From Candidatus Latescibacterota bacterium (GTDB lineage: Bacteria > Latescibacterota > UBA2968 > GCA-2709665), in the NCBI GenBank assembly GCA_965226795.1, contig CBDDDZ010000004.1, positions 352,001-416,000 of the forward strand: a DNA stretch of 64,000 nucleotides, given 5' to 3'. Each line of letters starts with the position of its first letter. Position 1 is the stretch's first letter. The notes under the pieces were generated by a model. That model did no database searches, was not told where the DNA came from, and saw nothing but the letters and a program-made list of their open reading frames with translations. The translations under genes and the position numbers were made by a program. Of the stretch, positions 8,448 through 20,300 are shown piece after piece.

Positions 8448-10979
8448 TTATTTTATCACAGTTAATCCCAGTCCGGGTGTGGTTTTCGCCCCGAACGCCC
8501 CGGCGAAGATCAGGAAGTCGGAGAACCCCACGGTCCCGTCCCTGTCCAGGTCGCAGCGCGCGTCGTACCCGTCGTCGCCCTGGCGTTGTCCGAACTTTTG
8601 GGCGAACACCACGAAATCGCCAAAGTCTATCTCCCCGTCGCCATCCAGGTCGGGGTTGCCGTGGGCACGTGCGGTAAAAACCGCCGGGGCGAGATCGGCC
8701 GCACGCGCCACCACGGTGTTCATCCCCGGCGTTGCGCCCAGCGTCAGCACCGTGGCCGCGTTCCCGCTCGTATCGGCCCTGGCCGCCGTTGCCGAGACCG
8801 CGCCTCTGCCTTCCGTAACGGTGAACAGAACGGGGATGCCCGGAAACGGGTCCCCGTGCTCGTCACGCACCGACACCACGAACGGCGCCGCAAGCGCAGT
8901 GCCGGCCGTCCCCTGCTGCCCATCGCCCGAGACCATCCTCACGAGAACGGGACGCCGACGCACCCACTCGGAGGTGTCCCACACCTCTATCCTGCCTCTG
9001 TAGGTTGACGCCGCCAGCACGGACCCGTCGTGCCAATAGGCGAGCGAAGAGATCGCGCCGGTATGCGCAAGCCTCTCGTAGAGCTTCCCCGTCGAGACGT
9101 TGCGCAGGATGACCGTACCTTCCGCGCCCCCCGAGACCAGACTCTCCCCGTCCGGCGAAAACGTCAGAACATTGACCACAGGCGCATGCACCATGGGCAG
9201 GTCCGCGATATTGTTCCGCGTGGCCACGTCCCACAATGCGATCAACCTCTCCGCTGACGCGGTGGCAGCCAGCACACGCCCGTCCGGCGAGAACGCTATC
9301 GATCTGATGCCTCGCCCTCCTACACGCACGAGCCGGTACCGCAGTTTTAGTGCGGCCGCGTCCCAGAGCCCGATGGAATAGTCGTATGAAGCCGACGCCA
9401 GGATGCTGCCGTCAGGCGAAAACAGCAACTGTTCGATTGAGTCGGTATGCCCTTTCAGGACGCCTATCAATTCTCCGGTGGCCACGTCCCATACCTTCAT
9501 CTTGTCCTCGTCGGAAAATGCGCCCGAGATCAGCGTCGCGCCGTCGGGAGAGAATGCCAACGCAAGCGTCCACCCCGTGTGCCCTGCCAGCGTGCCCGTC
9601 CGCTCCCGCGACGCCACGTCCCACAGCGTGATCCAGCCTCTGAAAGTTCCCGCGGCCAGCATCGACCCGTCCGGCGAGAACGCCAGCGACCAGATCTCGC
9701 TGTCGCTCCCGCGAAGGGTGGCCGTCTCTTCATACGTCTTCGTATCCCACAGCTTGATGGTGCTGTCCAATGATCCCGATGCCAGCGTCGTCCCGTCGGG
9801 GGACATGGCGAGCCGTAGGACGAATTTCGTATGTCCTTCCAGCGTCGCCACGTGATACGGCGACCGCTGCGCGAAATACCAACCCTCGTATTCTTTATCG
9901 CCGCGCCTATCCACCACCACGAATTCGATAAAATGGGACGGCGGATCCGACAACGACGTGGCACGAGGCGCGATCACGCCGTCATACTCGTACTCGATGA
10001 CCGCTTCCTTAGCACCCGAGAGTACGCGGCAATCCTTGAGTTCCATTATCAGGTACTGCCCGAGCGGGTCGGCAACTAGCATGATCAACTGATGCAGGCC
10101 GTGCGGCGCTTCGAGCTTCAGACGCACGGTAATGCTTTGCGAACCCTCTTCATACCACAGGGGCGACAGCAGCTCCACCGTGGGACGTGCGTCCCAATCC
10201 CTTTCGAGGGGGACCTCCGCGTTGAAAAAAGGGTGCACGGACAGGAACCCCGCGCTGCAGGACGACAGACGATCCATTCCGCGCCCTATCGAGAGGATAT
10301 GGGCGGGATCCCGGGAATCGTGGTAGAGCATCCCGAAGGCGTGCGCCAGTTCGTGCGCGGCTGTGGAGAAGCTGACACCGCCGGGAACCCACACCGCGCC
10401 ACCATCTTTACCCCCGGATGCGATGCCTGCTACCCGAAAGCCGGGAACGTACCCAACCTCGTCCCCGGCGCGGTTGTCAATCACGATGAAGAGAACGACG
10501 TTGTCCGGATCGAACGCCTCCCGGACCTCTTCGCACACCGTTGACGACGTTCTGTCGTAATAATAGCGGTTCGCGTGGGCGCCGTCCAGGCGGTGCACCA
10601 CGGGCTCGCCATCCGCGTCCGCCTCATAGCGGAACGTCGTATAGCCATACCCGTGCGATTCCATCTGCTGCCCGAAAAACGCCTGCAGACGCACCATCAT
10701 CGCCTTCATCGTATCCACCACCGACTGCCGGTACGGACGGTCGTTCGGCAGAAAGTAGATCAGTCGCACCGTACGCGGCTCGCCTACGTTCAGCTCCGAC
10801 GCTACCTTGCCCGCAACAGCAGCATCGTCCCGCCGCGCCTCGTGATCCAGCACCACGCAGCGGTACTCGCCCTCGGCAGGCGGCGATGCAGCATTAGCCG
10901 GAGGCAAGCAGAGCAAGGCCAGAAACCATGTCGCCAGCGTCAACGTTACTTGCAAACGATCAACACCGCACCTCTTCAT
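8448..10979 (-). CDS. Secreted zincin-like + WD40 + Ig-like (Big_1) + dockerin-like EF-hand protein
   Basis: Signal peptide, HELAHAFG motif, about 7 WD40 repeats (GH...FSPDG...WD), SGDGQQG Ig domain, C-terminal DLDGDGEIDFGDF...DLDRDGTVGFSDF. Confidence 0.9.
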   Translation of the reverse strand: MKRCGVDRLQVTLTLATWFLALLCLPPANAASPPAEGEYRCVVLDHEARRDDAAVAGKVASELNVGEPRTVRLIYFLPNDRPYRQSVVDTMKAMMVRLQAFFGQQMESHGYGYTTFRYEADADGEPVVHRLDGAHANRYYYDRTSSTVCEEVREAFDPDNVVLFIVIDNRAGDEVGYVPGFRVAGIASGGKDGGAVWVPGGVSFSTAAHELAHAFGMLYHDSRDPAHILSIGRGMDRLSSCSAGFLSVHPFFNAEVPLERDWDARPTVELLSPLWYEEGSQSITVRLKLEAPHGLHQLIMLVADPLGQYLIMELKDCRVLSGAKEAVIEYEYDGVIAPRATSLSDPPSHFIEFVVVDRRGDKEYEGWYFAQRSPYHVATLEGHTKFVLRLAMSPDGTTLASGSLDSTIKLWDTKTYEETATLRGSDSEIWSLAFSPDGSMLAAGTFRGWITLWDVASRERTGTLAGHTGWTLALAFSPDGATLISGAFSDEDKMKVWDVATGELIGVLKGHTDSIEQLLFSPDGSILASASYDYSIGLWDAAALKLRYRLVRVGGRGIRSIAFSPDGRVLAATASAERLIALWDVATRNNIADLPMVHAPVVNVLTFSPDGESLVSGGAEGTVILRNVSTGKLYERLAHTGAISSLAYWHDGSVLAASTYRGRIEVWDTSEWVRRRPVLVRMVSGDGQQGTAGTALAAPFVVSVRDEHGDPFPGIPVLFTVTEGRGAVSATAARADTSGNAATVLTLGATPGMNTVVARAADLAPAVFTARAHGNPDLDGDGEIDFGDFVVFAQKFGQRQGDDGYDARCDLDRDGTVGFSDFLIFAGAFGAKTTPGLGLTVIK

Positions 10980-11060
10980 ACCAGCATCACTCCCTTCACG
11001 TTATTGCAGACATCACCCACAGGCTCTACATGGGGTTCAATCAGCCTTCAATCACAGTAA

Positions 11061-14000
11061 TCATTGTCCGCTTTGCGACGACGCGTCGCTCTCGATATAG
11101 CCCGTCAACATGATGAAATCCGCATAATTGATCGTCCCGTCTTTGTTCAGGTCCATCCGCCTGTCATACCCCGCTTCCGACCTGCCCAGCCCCATCTACT
11201 TATTGAACAACTTCGCATCGGTTGCATCCCGCCTGCCGTCACCGTTGAAATCACCAGGCAAGGCGACCGTCATCCTGAACGACGTGGTTACCCGCCGGTC
11301 GTCCTGGTCGTCGACAACTACCGTCACCGTGGCGCTGCCCAGTTGCGTGGGGGTGCCGCCGATACTCCCACTCGACGAAATGGAGATGCCGGCGGGCTCG
11401 CTTTCCAGGTCATACGTATACGATCCCCTGCCCCCGGATACCGACACCTGGATTGGGTCCATGTCCAGATACCACGTCACCACCGCATCCGAAATGGCCG
11501 CGATGGTCAACGGAGAACTGACACGCAGCTGAAACGACGGGGTCGTGTCCGTTACGCCCTTCTTATCGGTGACAGTCACCGTCGCCGTGGACGTGCCGGT
11601 GCTTGACGGCGTGCCGCTGATACGCCCGCTCGATGCGTTGAAACTTACCCACGAAGGCTTGCCCGACATCGTGAACACATACGGTGTCTCACCCCCGGAC
11701 GCCGACGCCGCTCTTGCAGGCATCGCTTGCCCCACGGTCGCCTCCACGTCGTCTATGTCGCGGATCTTCACCGGCGGGTTAATGACCTTGATCTCGAACG
11801 TTGTCGTGCCCCAACAGCGGCCGGCATCCGTCGCCTTCACCGTCACGAGGTATGTGCCGGTTGTGTTCGGGGCCCTGCCGCTGATGGCCCCGCCGGTGGA
11901 TACCGTCACCCACGACGGTCCGAACTCCTTCGTGAATGTATACGGAGCCCGGCCTCCCGAGGCGCTCGCCGTCATCGAAGGCATATTCTGTCGCACCTCC
12001 ACGTCCACGTTCTCGATCTCCGCAATGGTAATCGTGGGACATGCCACGGTGACATTGATTGTCCCCGAGCCGGTATTCCCTTCCGCGTCCGTCGCCGTCA
12101 CGCCGAAGGTGTAAGGGCCGGGCGCCGTGCCTGACGGCGGTTCAACGGTGTATTGGTTGCTCCCCGTTTTTCTCACCCAGCCCAGCCCACCCGGATTCCC
12201 GAATGTCTTCGTCCCGCATCCCCCTTCCGCGCTTACGGTCACCGTCTCTGTTCCTCCGGCCGCCACCGTCACGGGATCGGGACTCTGCGTGACCACAATG
12301 TCCGGACATGCCACGGTGACATTGATTGTCCCCGGGCCGGTATTCCCTTCCGCGTCCGTCGCCGTCACGCCGAAGGTGTAAGGGCCGGGCGCCGTGCCTG
12401 ACGGCGGTTCAACGGTGTATTGGTTGCTCCCCGTTTTTCTCACCCAGCCCAGCCGGCCTGGATTCCCGAATGTCTTCGTCCCGCATCCCCCTTCCGCGCT
12501 TACGGTCACCGTCGCTCTTCCGCCGGCCGCCACCTGCACCGGATCCGGGTTCTGCGAGACCGTGATAGGATCGCAGATACGTGGTGTTACAGTGACGTTG
12601 AACCGACAACTCTCCAACGCGCCATCGGAATCGCGTACTGTCACCGTAACCCTGTAAACGCCTACCCGCGCGGCCTCTCCGGTGACCGTTCCCTTTTCTC
12701 CATCCTGTCCAGCCGTTGATATACCAAGCGTCAATCCCGACGGCGTAACGGACGGCCGCGAAAACGTATACGGCGCAACGCCCTCCCACGCACTCGCCGT
12801 CGATTTGATGGAGTCACCCACCGTTACAATCGTGTTCGAGGGGCACATGATCCCCAATGGTGGCGGCGGATTGACAACGGTGATGGTGAACGTCGTACTT
12901 GCGAAATTCGTTGAAAGTACATCGTCCGTCGCCGTCACCGTGGCCGTGTATTCGCCGGCAGCAGAGGGCCTGCCGCTGATGACCCCGGTCTCAGAAGCGA
13001 ACGTCACACCCGGCGGCAGCGTACCCGTCTTCGAATAGGCAATCGAACCACAACCCCCTCTTGCACCCGGCGTGATCCTGATTTCCTCGCCTACCACCAC
13101 CTGCCTGTTCGTGATCGGATTGATGACCACAGGGTCACAGACGGTGATCGTGAACGATGCATCCTTCGCATTGTTTCTCGTGTCCGTCGCCGTCACCGTG
13201 GCCGTGTAGTTGCGTGCCGCCGTGCCGGCAGGAGGAGAGACGGTGATGCCACCGTCCTCTGCGACCGTCACCCACGTGGGGGTCCCGCTGTTGACCTTCT
13301 TCCTAAACCTCTTCGTCCCACACCCGCCTTGTGCACTGGCCGTGGCTGTCGCGGATTGGCCGGCCACCACCTTCACGGGAGACGGGTTTATCGAAACGGT
13401 AATCGGAGAACACGGACGAGGACGCACGGTGACAACGAATGGATCCGAATCGGATCGGCAGTCGTCCGCATCCGCGGTCACCGTCACCGTGTACGTTCCT
13501 GGTGTGCTCGCGCTGCCGGTGATGCTTCCGCGTCCACGAGCGTCCTTCTGAATTCCGAGACTCAATCCCGATGACGGGTGAATTGACAGTGAATAGGTGC
13601 GCGACGCGCCACCGCCCGTTGCCGTCACCGTGCGCGAGATGTTCTGACCCACCGTCACCGTCACGTCACTGCCTGCATCAACAGTGATCTCGCAGCGACG
13701 CGGCACAACTATTCTGAATGACTTCTCGGCGGTGATGCCGTAATCGCTCGTTGCTCTGACCTTCGCGGTGTACGTGCCGGTCGCCGTGCCCGTCGGCGGC
13801 GCCACGGTGATGGAGCCATCGTTCTCGACCGTCACCCACCCGGGCCCGTCCGATCGCTCGTATGTTTTTTCTCCGCATCCCCCGTTCGCAACCGCCCTGC
13901 GCGAAACTGAACTGCCCGCCGTCACGGTTACCGCATTGATGGCTTCAAATACCATTTGCGTACACACGGCCACCGTGAACGAACCCGTTCCCGTACACCC

Positions 14001-16364
14001 GTGGACGTCTTCAATGCTCACCCCGACGGGGTACGTGCGCTGCGGCGCGGGCGCCTCGCGCACGTTCACGTTGCCGCCCTCGGTCACTGTCACCCACGAC
14101 GGACCGCTCGTCTTCGCATACGTATAGCCCGGCTGACCCCCGGCAGCCATAGCCGTGGCGGTTTTGGAACTGCCCACCGTCACCCCCACCGTCCCGGGTG
14201 CGGTCAACGTAATCTCCCCACACTGCACGGTTATCGTGAACCTCTCATCGCCGGTGTTTTCTTCCGCGTCCGTGGCGGTCACCGTCACCTCGTATTCACG
14301 GGCAGGTCCCCCAGGCGCGCCGCTGATTTGTCCCACGCTTTGCCCGTTTTCAGTTACGGTCTCGATCCGGACCCCCTCCGGCGCGCCGGTCATCGCATAC
14401 GTGATCGCCCCGCATCCCCCGGTTGCGCGCGCCGTGCGAGAGACATTGCCTCCTGCCGTCACCGAGACGTCCTCGATCGCAGCCACGGTGATGACGGGGC
14501 ACACCTGCACCGTGAAGGTGTGCGACCACGTACAAGCTCGATCGTCCGTCGCGGTCACCGTCACGGCATACGTGCCCACGGCCGTGGCCGTGCCGGTGAC
14601 GGCGCCGCTTTGTTCATCGATGGTCAGGGACGACCCCTGTGCGGGCTCCACCATCAGCGAATACCGGTTGCCCTGCACACCGCTCACGGCGGCCTGCATC
14701 GACAGGGCCTGCCCCAACGTCACCGTCGTGTCATTGAGCCCATCCACGACCCTGCGTCCAGACAAGGCAAGGGCCGGGCACGACAGCGCCATGGCCGTCA
14801 CTTCCGCCGCCGCGCCGTGGACCGCGCCTGCCCTCACCCGCACCTCGAACGTATAGTCCGTCCCGTTCGTCAGGCCCGTCACCTGGTGGTCCGTCGTGCC
14901 GGCGCGGCTGCCGGCCACGTAATGACGCTCACGCCACCCCGGCAGCGCCGCGCCGCTTTCCGCGTGGCGTACCTGATACCTGTCGATGGCCGCGTCGCCG
15001 GGGTCCTCCCACGAAAGCACCACGGAACCGTCTCGCGATAACCCCGTGAGCCCGGCAGGCGCACCAGGCACCGGCGTGTCCGTCGCCACCGACGAATCGC
15101 CGGGGGTGGCCGTCGCCTTCGCACGTACCTCGAACGTATACAGCCTACCGTTAGTCAACCCCCTCACCAGGTGCCTTGTCGTGTTGACGTCGCTGCCTTC
15201 GATCGCGTCCCACGTATCCGGCAGCGCCGACGTGCTCACCTCGTAACGCACCTCATACCCGGTGATGCCTGCATTGCCGGGGTCCTCCCACGTCAGCACC
15301 ACGGTCGCCTCACCCGGCCACGACGTTAGACCGTCCGGCGCAGCCGGCCGCGGCATCGGGCCTGACCGTCACCACCGACGAATTGCCGTGGACCGCGCCC
15401 GCTGTCGCCCGCAACTCGAACGTGTACTCGTTCCCGTTGGTCAGACCCCCGATCGCATGCGACGTCGCCACGCCTACGTTGATCCACGCCGTATACGGCA
15501 TGCCCGCGCGCGAAGAACGGAACTGATACCCCGTGACCGCCGTATCCATCGGATCGGCCCAGCGCAGCGTCACCTGTCCCACGCCCGCCGTCGCCTCCAG
15601 ACCCGCAGGCGGTGCAGGAACAGGCACGGCTGACGCACTCGACGCCGCGCCGGCGCCGAACGTGTTGACCGCACGCACGTCGAACGTGTACGCCGTGCCG
15701 TTGGTCAGGCCACGAACCGTGTGCGTCGTCGTGCCCGCGCCGCTGCCCGCGATATTCCTCCAGTCCTGAACCAATACGGCGCCGCGGCTTTATTTCACCT
15801 CATACCTCGCGATCGTCGCGTGACCGGGATCGTCCCACGTCAATACCACCTCACCGACACCAGCCCCACCCGAAAGCCCCTCCGGCGCCGCGGGAACCGT
15901 CACCAACATCGACGTCACCGCGTCGTACAGGATCCTGTTCGTCCATCCGCCAGACACCGAGCCCCGCACCGCGCGCACCTCTAACGTGAAGTACCTTGCA
16001 CGGCCACGGTTGCCCACACTGAACCTTCGCCGCGTGACGCCGCCGGACGTCCGAATGGTACCCACATTCACAATCGACAATCCGCTCGTCCACGATTGGT
16101 GCCTGATCGTGTATCCGCTGACGGCGCCGCATCCTCGGCAGGGGCCGTCCACGTCAGAAGGACGTAGTCGCCACCATCTGCAGACGCGCCCAGATCCGTC
16201 GGCGCATCACCGCCCTGTGAGAACACCGGCGACGCATACACCGTCAACAGCAACGACACAAACATCCATCCACAGAGGTGACACCATCTGCGACACACAA
16301 GGCCGATAACACACCCACACGAAACCAAACAGGAAAAAACACGTCCGCACGTTGCTTTCAGCAC
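11061..16364 (-). pseudogene. Giant surface protein, 5x Fn3 + 13x Ig-like + dockerin-like, with four lesions
   Basis: Four ORF pieces join into one domain series. Lesions: frameshift ~16125, in-frame TAA 15790-15792, extra base ~15359, in-frame TAG 11196-11198. The dockerin-like domain continues to TGA 11061-11063. Start is uncertain. Confidence 0.85.
12037..12532. repeat. Near-identical tandem duplication, period 267 bp (one Ig module)
   Basis: GGACATGCCACGGTGACATTGATTGTCCCC starts at both 12037 and 12304, and the two copies stay nearly identical for about 230 bp. Confidence 0.9.
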
Positions 16365-16598
16365 GATACCCCTCCCATCGAAATAAGTAGAATCCTATCG
16401 AGACATCACTCGAACCGGCAATAGAACCGCATCCCTCAAAATCGCCTGAACCCGCGCACCCGCACGCTCCCATCACGGATAACTAATCATTAATAACGAT
16501 TTATTCGTGGTTTATCTGTGGAATAACAGCTTCTAATAATGATTTTTTGGTGGAAAATAGCGCGCGCCGCCGGCAAAGGCCCCGGCCTTACGCGATAC

Positions 16599-16637
16599 AA
16601 ACAAAAGAGCGGAGCCGGAAACTCCGGCTCCGCTCTT
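16599..16637 (-). terminator. Rho-independent terminator
   Basis: 15-bp stem AAGAGCGGAGCCGGA / TCCGGCTCCGCTCTT with a U-rich tail on the minus strand, just after 16660-16935. Confidence 0.8.
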
Positions 16638-16659
16638 AATTCAATTACGGTTGGGACCT

Positions 16660-16935
16660 CTATGCTCTGCGATCCCGCTCGTCGTAAGACCCGTTCCAGG
16701 TCGCGCTACGAAGTGCCGGCAGAACCGCCTGCGGGTCGCCGGGACGCTCCTGACGTTCGCTCCACTGCCAGTGCGCCAGGTACGCGTCCGTTCCGGCCAG
16801 ACCCTCCTTCATCGCACGCCGGTCTATCGCCTCCTGAAACCTGGGCGGCATCTGACGCGAAACGCGACCTCTACCGTCGAAGACCCGCACCTGCGTGGGG
16901 ATATCCTTCCAGTACAACACCTGGTACACGGCCAC
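16660..16935 (-). CDS. Virulence_fact-family small protein
   Basis: YQVLYWKDIPTQV...RFQEAIDRRAM...DAYLAHWQW pattern. GGAGG lies upstream. Confidence 0.7.
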   Translation of the reverse strand: MAVYQVLYWKDIPTQVRVFDGRGRVSRQMPPRFQEAIDRRAMKEGLAGTDAYLAHWQWSERQERPGDPQAVLPALRSATWNGSYDERDRRA

Positions 16936-17075
16936 CCGCCGCCCCTTCTCTCGTTGTCAGTTCCCCAGGTTCGTAAGCTCGCCGCCGCCGGCAAGAGACG
17001 GAGAGGGAGACATTCCGCAGTTGATGCGGCACGTGCCCTGGTTCTGTCTCCACTTCCACAGTGAAACAACGAAAC

Positions 17076-17100
17076 GGGCAGACAGGAATGTCTGCCCACC
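17076..17100. repeat. REP-like unit GGGCAGACA-GGAA-TGTCTGCCC-ACC
   Basis: Perfect 9-bp stem. Same family as 8039-8142. Confidence 0.7.
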
Positions 17101-17152
17101 TTCAGACTTGCCGCCTCCGCATGACAGTTGTAACTATCGGCCCGCTGTCATT

Positions 17153-17336
17153 CTACGACGTGTTTTTCCCATACGCCCCGGCGAAGATAGGGTGTATCAC
17201 GCCGTCATACTCGTACTCGATTACTGATTGCTTGCCCAGATAGGCGACGGCGGCCGTCTCTGAAGGGAATCTGCCCGCTTGGAACGTGGTCTCACAATCC
17301 TCCGGGATCGTTAATTCCGACGGGAAATTCGATCAT
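17153..17336 (-). pseudogene. Internally collapsed relic of a paralog of the WD40/dockerin-like gene
   Basis: 17196-17221 is identical to 9973-9998 and 17173-17188 is identical to 8495-8510. It reads VIEYEYDGVI-HP-IFAGAYGKNTS*. Confidence 0.75.
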
Positions 17337-17372
17337 CTCCTCTCACGTCAAAGCGATCCGCGGTTTGTCTTC

Positions 17373-20300
17373 CTATGCCAGGCGCAGCAGGGTTCCATCT
17401 GATCGGGTGGTCCGAGGATCGATGTTGATCGACAGCATGCCGGCTGTTTCCTGCGTCTCCAATTCGGTCCGCGCGCTGTCTCCGTGTTGGAGGAAGGCGC
17501 CCCGGTATGGTGTCCGAATGGATAGCCGGGCCGGAGTTGTGGTTCGCACGCGGTAGGTATCGTCCGAGGCCTGTTCGATCCGGAACAGCGACGGGATATG
17601 ATAGGTGGTACCTGCGTTGAAGGGGAATTCGTCCACGTCGATCCGGCTGGCAGCCGCGGACCTGACGCGGTAAGCCGTCCAGCAGCCCTGATCGGGATCC
17701 CGGACCCGGACGAAGTGATCCACAAGGGCGTCGGGATGCGGAAGGGTATCGCGCGTCCGGAAGCCCCTGCGGTCCCGGTCGACGATGTCACCCTCGATCG
17801 AGGCGACCTCGAGGGCGACGGTCAGGCCAGGCGAGGCGAAGCGGGTGGCTTCCGTCAGAAAGAGCGATTGCCGGGCATCCTCGCATCGGGTGTAAACGGC
17901 GGCGCGACCGGCAAAGGCGATGTCATCGTAGGTGCGTTCGGTCTGATCGAGGGTCTGGATAACCGTGTCGGCGCCGGTTCGGCGGCCGATGCGGAGCGCG
18001 ACAGGTCCACCGGCGTCGCCGGGAAGACATAGAGGTTGAACTTCGCGGATGTCAGGGTCTTTCCGGAAATGGTCGATCACGGCGACAAAGGTGTTTCCGG
18101 GGCCGGCTTCGGCCTTGCGGGCAAAGAGATAGTCGTGGCGGGCGCCGATTTCAGCATGGTCCCGCTGGCCGGGGCCTTCGCCCAGGATGATCTCGTCGAC
18201 CGGCGACACCAACCGCGCGCGCATCGTCATGCCGCAATCGGTCCAGGAGACGGTCCACTGGGCCGCGGGTCTGCCGACGTGGAGTTTCTCAATGTCTTTT
18301 CCTAGTACGCCGGGACGTTCCTCCAGCGGAATTGCGCGGTGATCGGCGGGCGGGGCGCTGATGCGGCCCTCGCCATGGATGGCGTAGTCGTGGACGGCGC
18401 CGCCCCTGACGCGGAACACGTCGACCAGGTAGGCGGGGCCCGTGCCGGTGTGAATCATCGCGCAACAACGGCGGTACGTTTCGGCCTGCTCATAGGCTCT
18501 GCAGTCGGCTTCGATAATCTTTGTGGCCGGCGATGTCGCCAGGAGCCGGAGGTTGCCGGGAGGTCGGCGGTCCCGCAGGAGTTGTTCCTGCTCGTCCATG
18601 ACCACCAGGTTATGCTTGAGGGTGCTTCGGATACTTGCGTTCAGGGGATGGTCTCCTATATATCCCAGGTCCGAAAGGACCTCCACCCCTTCCGCTAACA
18701 TGGCGATGTTGAGGGCATCCGGGTGGTCATGACCTTCCGGTTTGTAAAAGTTCATCAGGAAGGTGGCCGTTCCGGTGAGGTCGGATTGGAACATACCGTC
18801 GTAGCCGGTGTTGAAGATCGCCAGCAGCCAGCCGGGGAAGAACCGGTCGCGTAAGGGCGGCGGCGCCGCGGGTTGGAGTTCCGCGGGTCGGTTGAAGAGG
18901 GCGAACGCGTCACCCGTGTCCAACCGTACAAATGGAGCGAAATCGTCGCCCATACGCACGAGACCCAGGTTGTGAATCCACGCGGGATAGGGCCAGTCGG
19001 TGGGCCCTTCGAGCGCGTCGGCGGTGTGGGGCAGGCGACCGTCGGGCAAGGTCATCAGGGTCCGTGCGCGGAGTACGGTGTGGAAGGGGCCGCCCGGCTC
19101 ATACAGGTCGAGGTTGTCGTAGCGATCGTCTCTACGGTACGTGGGAGGATCGGAGTATCCATGGGCGACTTCAGGCAGATTTCGCACATTGGCCACGGCG
19201 TAGAGGTAATAGCTGGAGCCTTCGGCGGTACTGCCGTCGAATTTGAAGAACCCCTTGATGTACGGTTCAAAACCATCGACGCCTCGATGCACGTAGTCCG
19301 GGACGCCCAGGAAGCGGCCCAGTACGACTTCGCCTTCGCGGCAACCCGCGACTTTGTTGTTGATACCCTCCCAGTGCGTGAACGTGAAGAGGCCCTCCAC
19401 GAGCAGGTCTTTCACGATGCGCTCGCGTTCCTGTTCGGTCAGGTAGAGATGTCCATGGCCGCACTTTTCGTCCCAGAGCAGGTCCAGGGCTTCGGCGAGC
19501 ATGGTGATGTAGTGGGCCTCAGACTGAACGCCGCCGCCAGACAGGCGCCCGCAGCCCCAGAACGTTTGAATGAGTCTTCCGCTCTTCATCGGGGAGCGGG
19601 CGTCCTGGTCCGGACACGGGTTGACTTCGTACCGGGCGATACCCCTGTCCTGCGCCATGAGTTCGCAGGCGTAGAGGGGATCGCAGTCCATGAAAGTATT
19701 CCAGTAGTCACGGAAGAGATAGGTGGGGTAGACGTCAGCGAAGCGTTTCAGGATGGCCGCCGCCGCACGGGCATAGCGGTCCTCGCCTTCCATTCGGTAA
19801 AGAATGGCCAGATTGCGTGCAACCGCCGGCATGCGGTGGACCTTCTGCTGCCGGACGGCGCCGCTGTACGAGGAGTGGACCCGCCTCCCGGCCCAGATGA
19901 AAGCGTTGCGTCCGGTGGTGAATTCAGGATCGCCTTTTTCTTCCGGACGGACGTAATAGGTGAGGGTCTGGCCGGAACGCGGCAGTTCGAGGCGTCCCTC
20001 TTCGGGAAAGGCGTCGTCGGTCATGGTGGCGCCGCAGTGGAAACAGACCAGTTTGTCGGGGTCGCGATCGATCCATCTCATGCGGTAGGTGTTGTCGGCG
20101 CCGCAGGCGGGGCAGAATGTCCCGTAAACCTGCGCAGGTGTCAGACCCGGGACCATGTGGGCAATCCAGGCATCGGAGCGATCCGCATAGTAATCCCCCA
20201 GTTCGAGCAGATCCTCGTAGTGCTGTTTTGCCCAATCATGGCGCCGGATATTGGCGCGGGCGATATCAAGGTTGTCGTCCCGTACACCAAGGCATGGGTG

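Noticed and set aside
11196..11198. Programmed amber (pyrrolysine) readthrough
   Set aside because: No pyl genes are visible, the same gene has three other lesions, and TAG is a normal stop elsewhere in the window.
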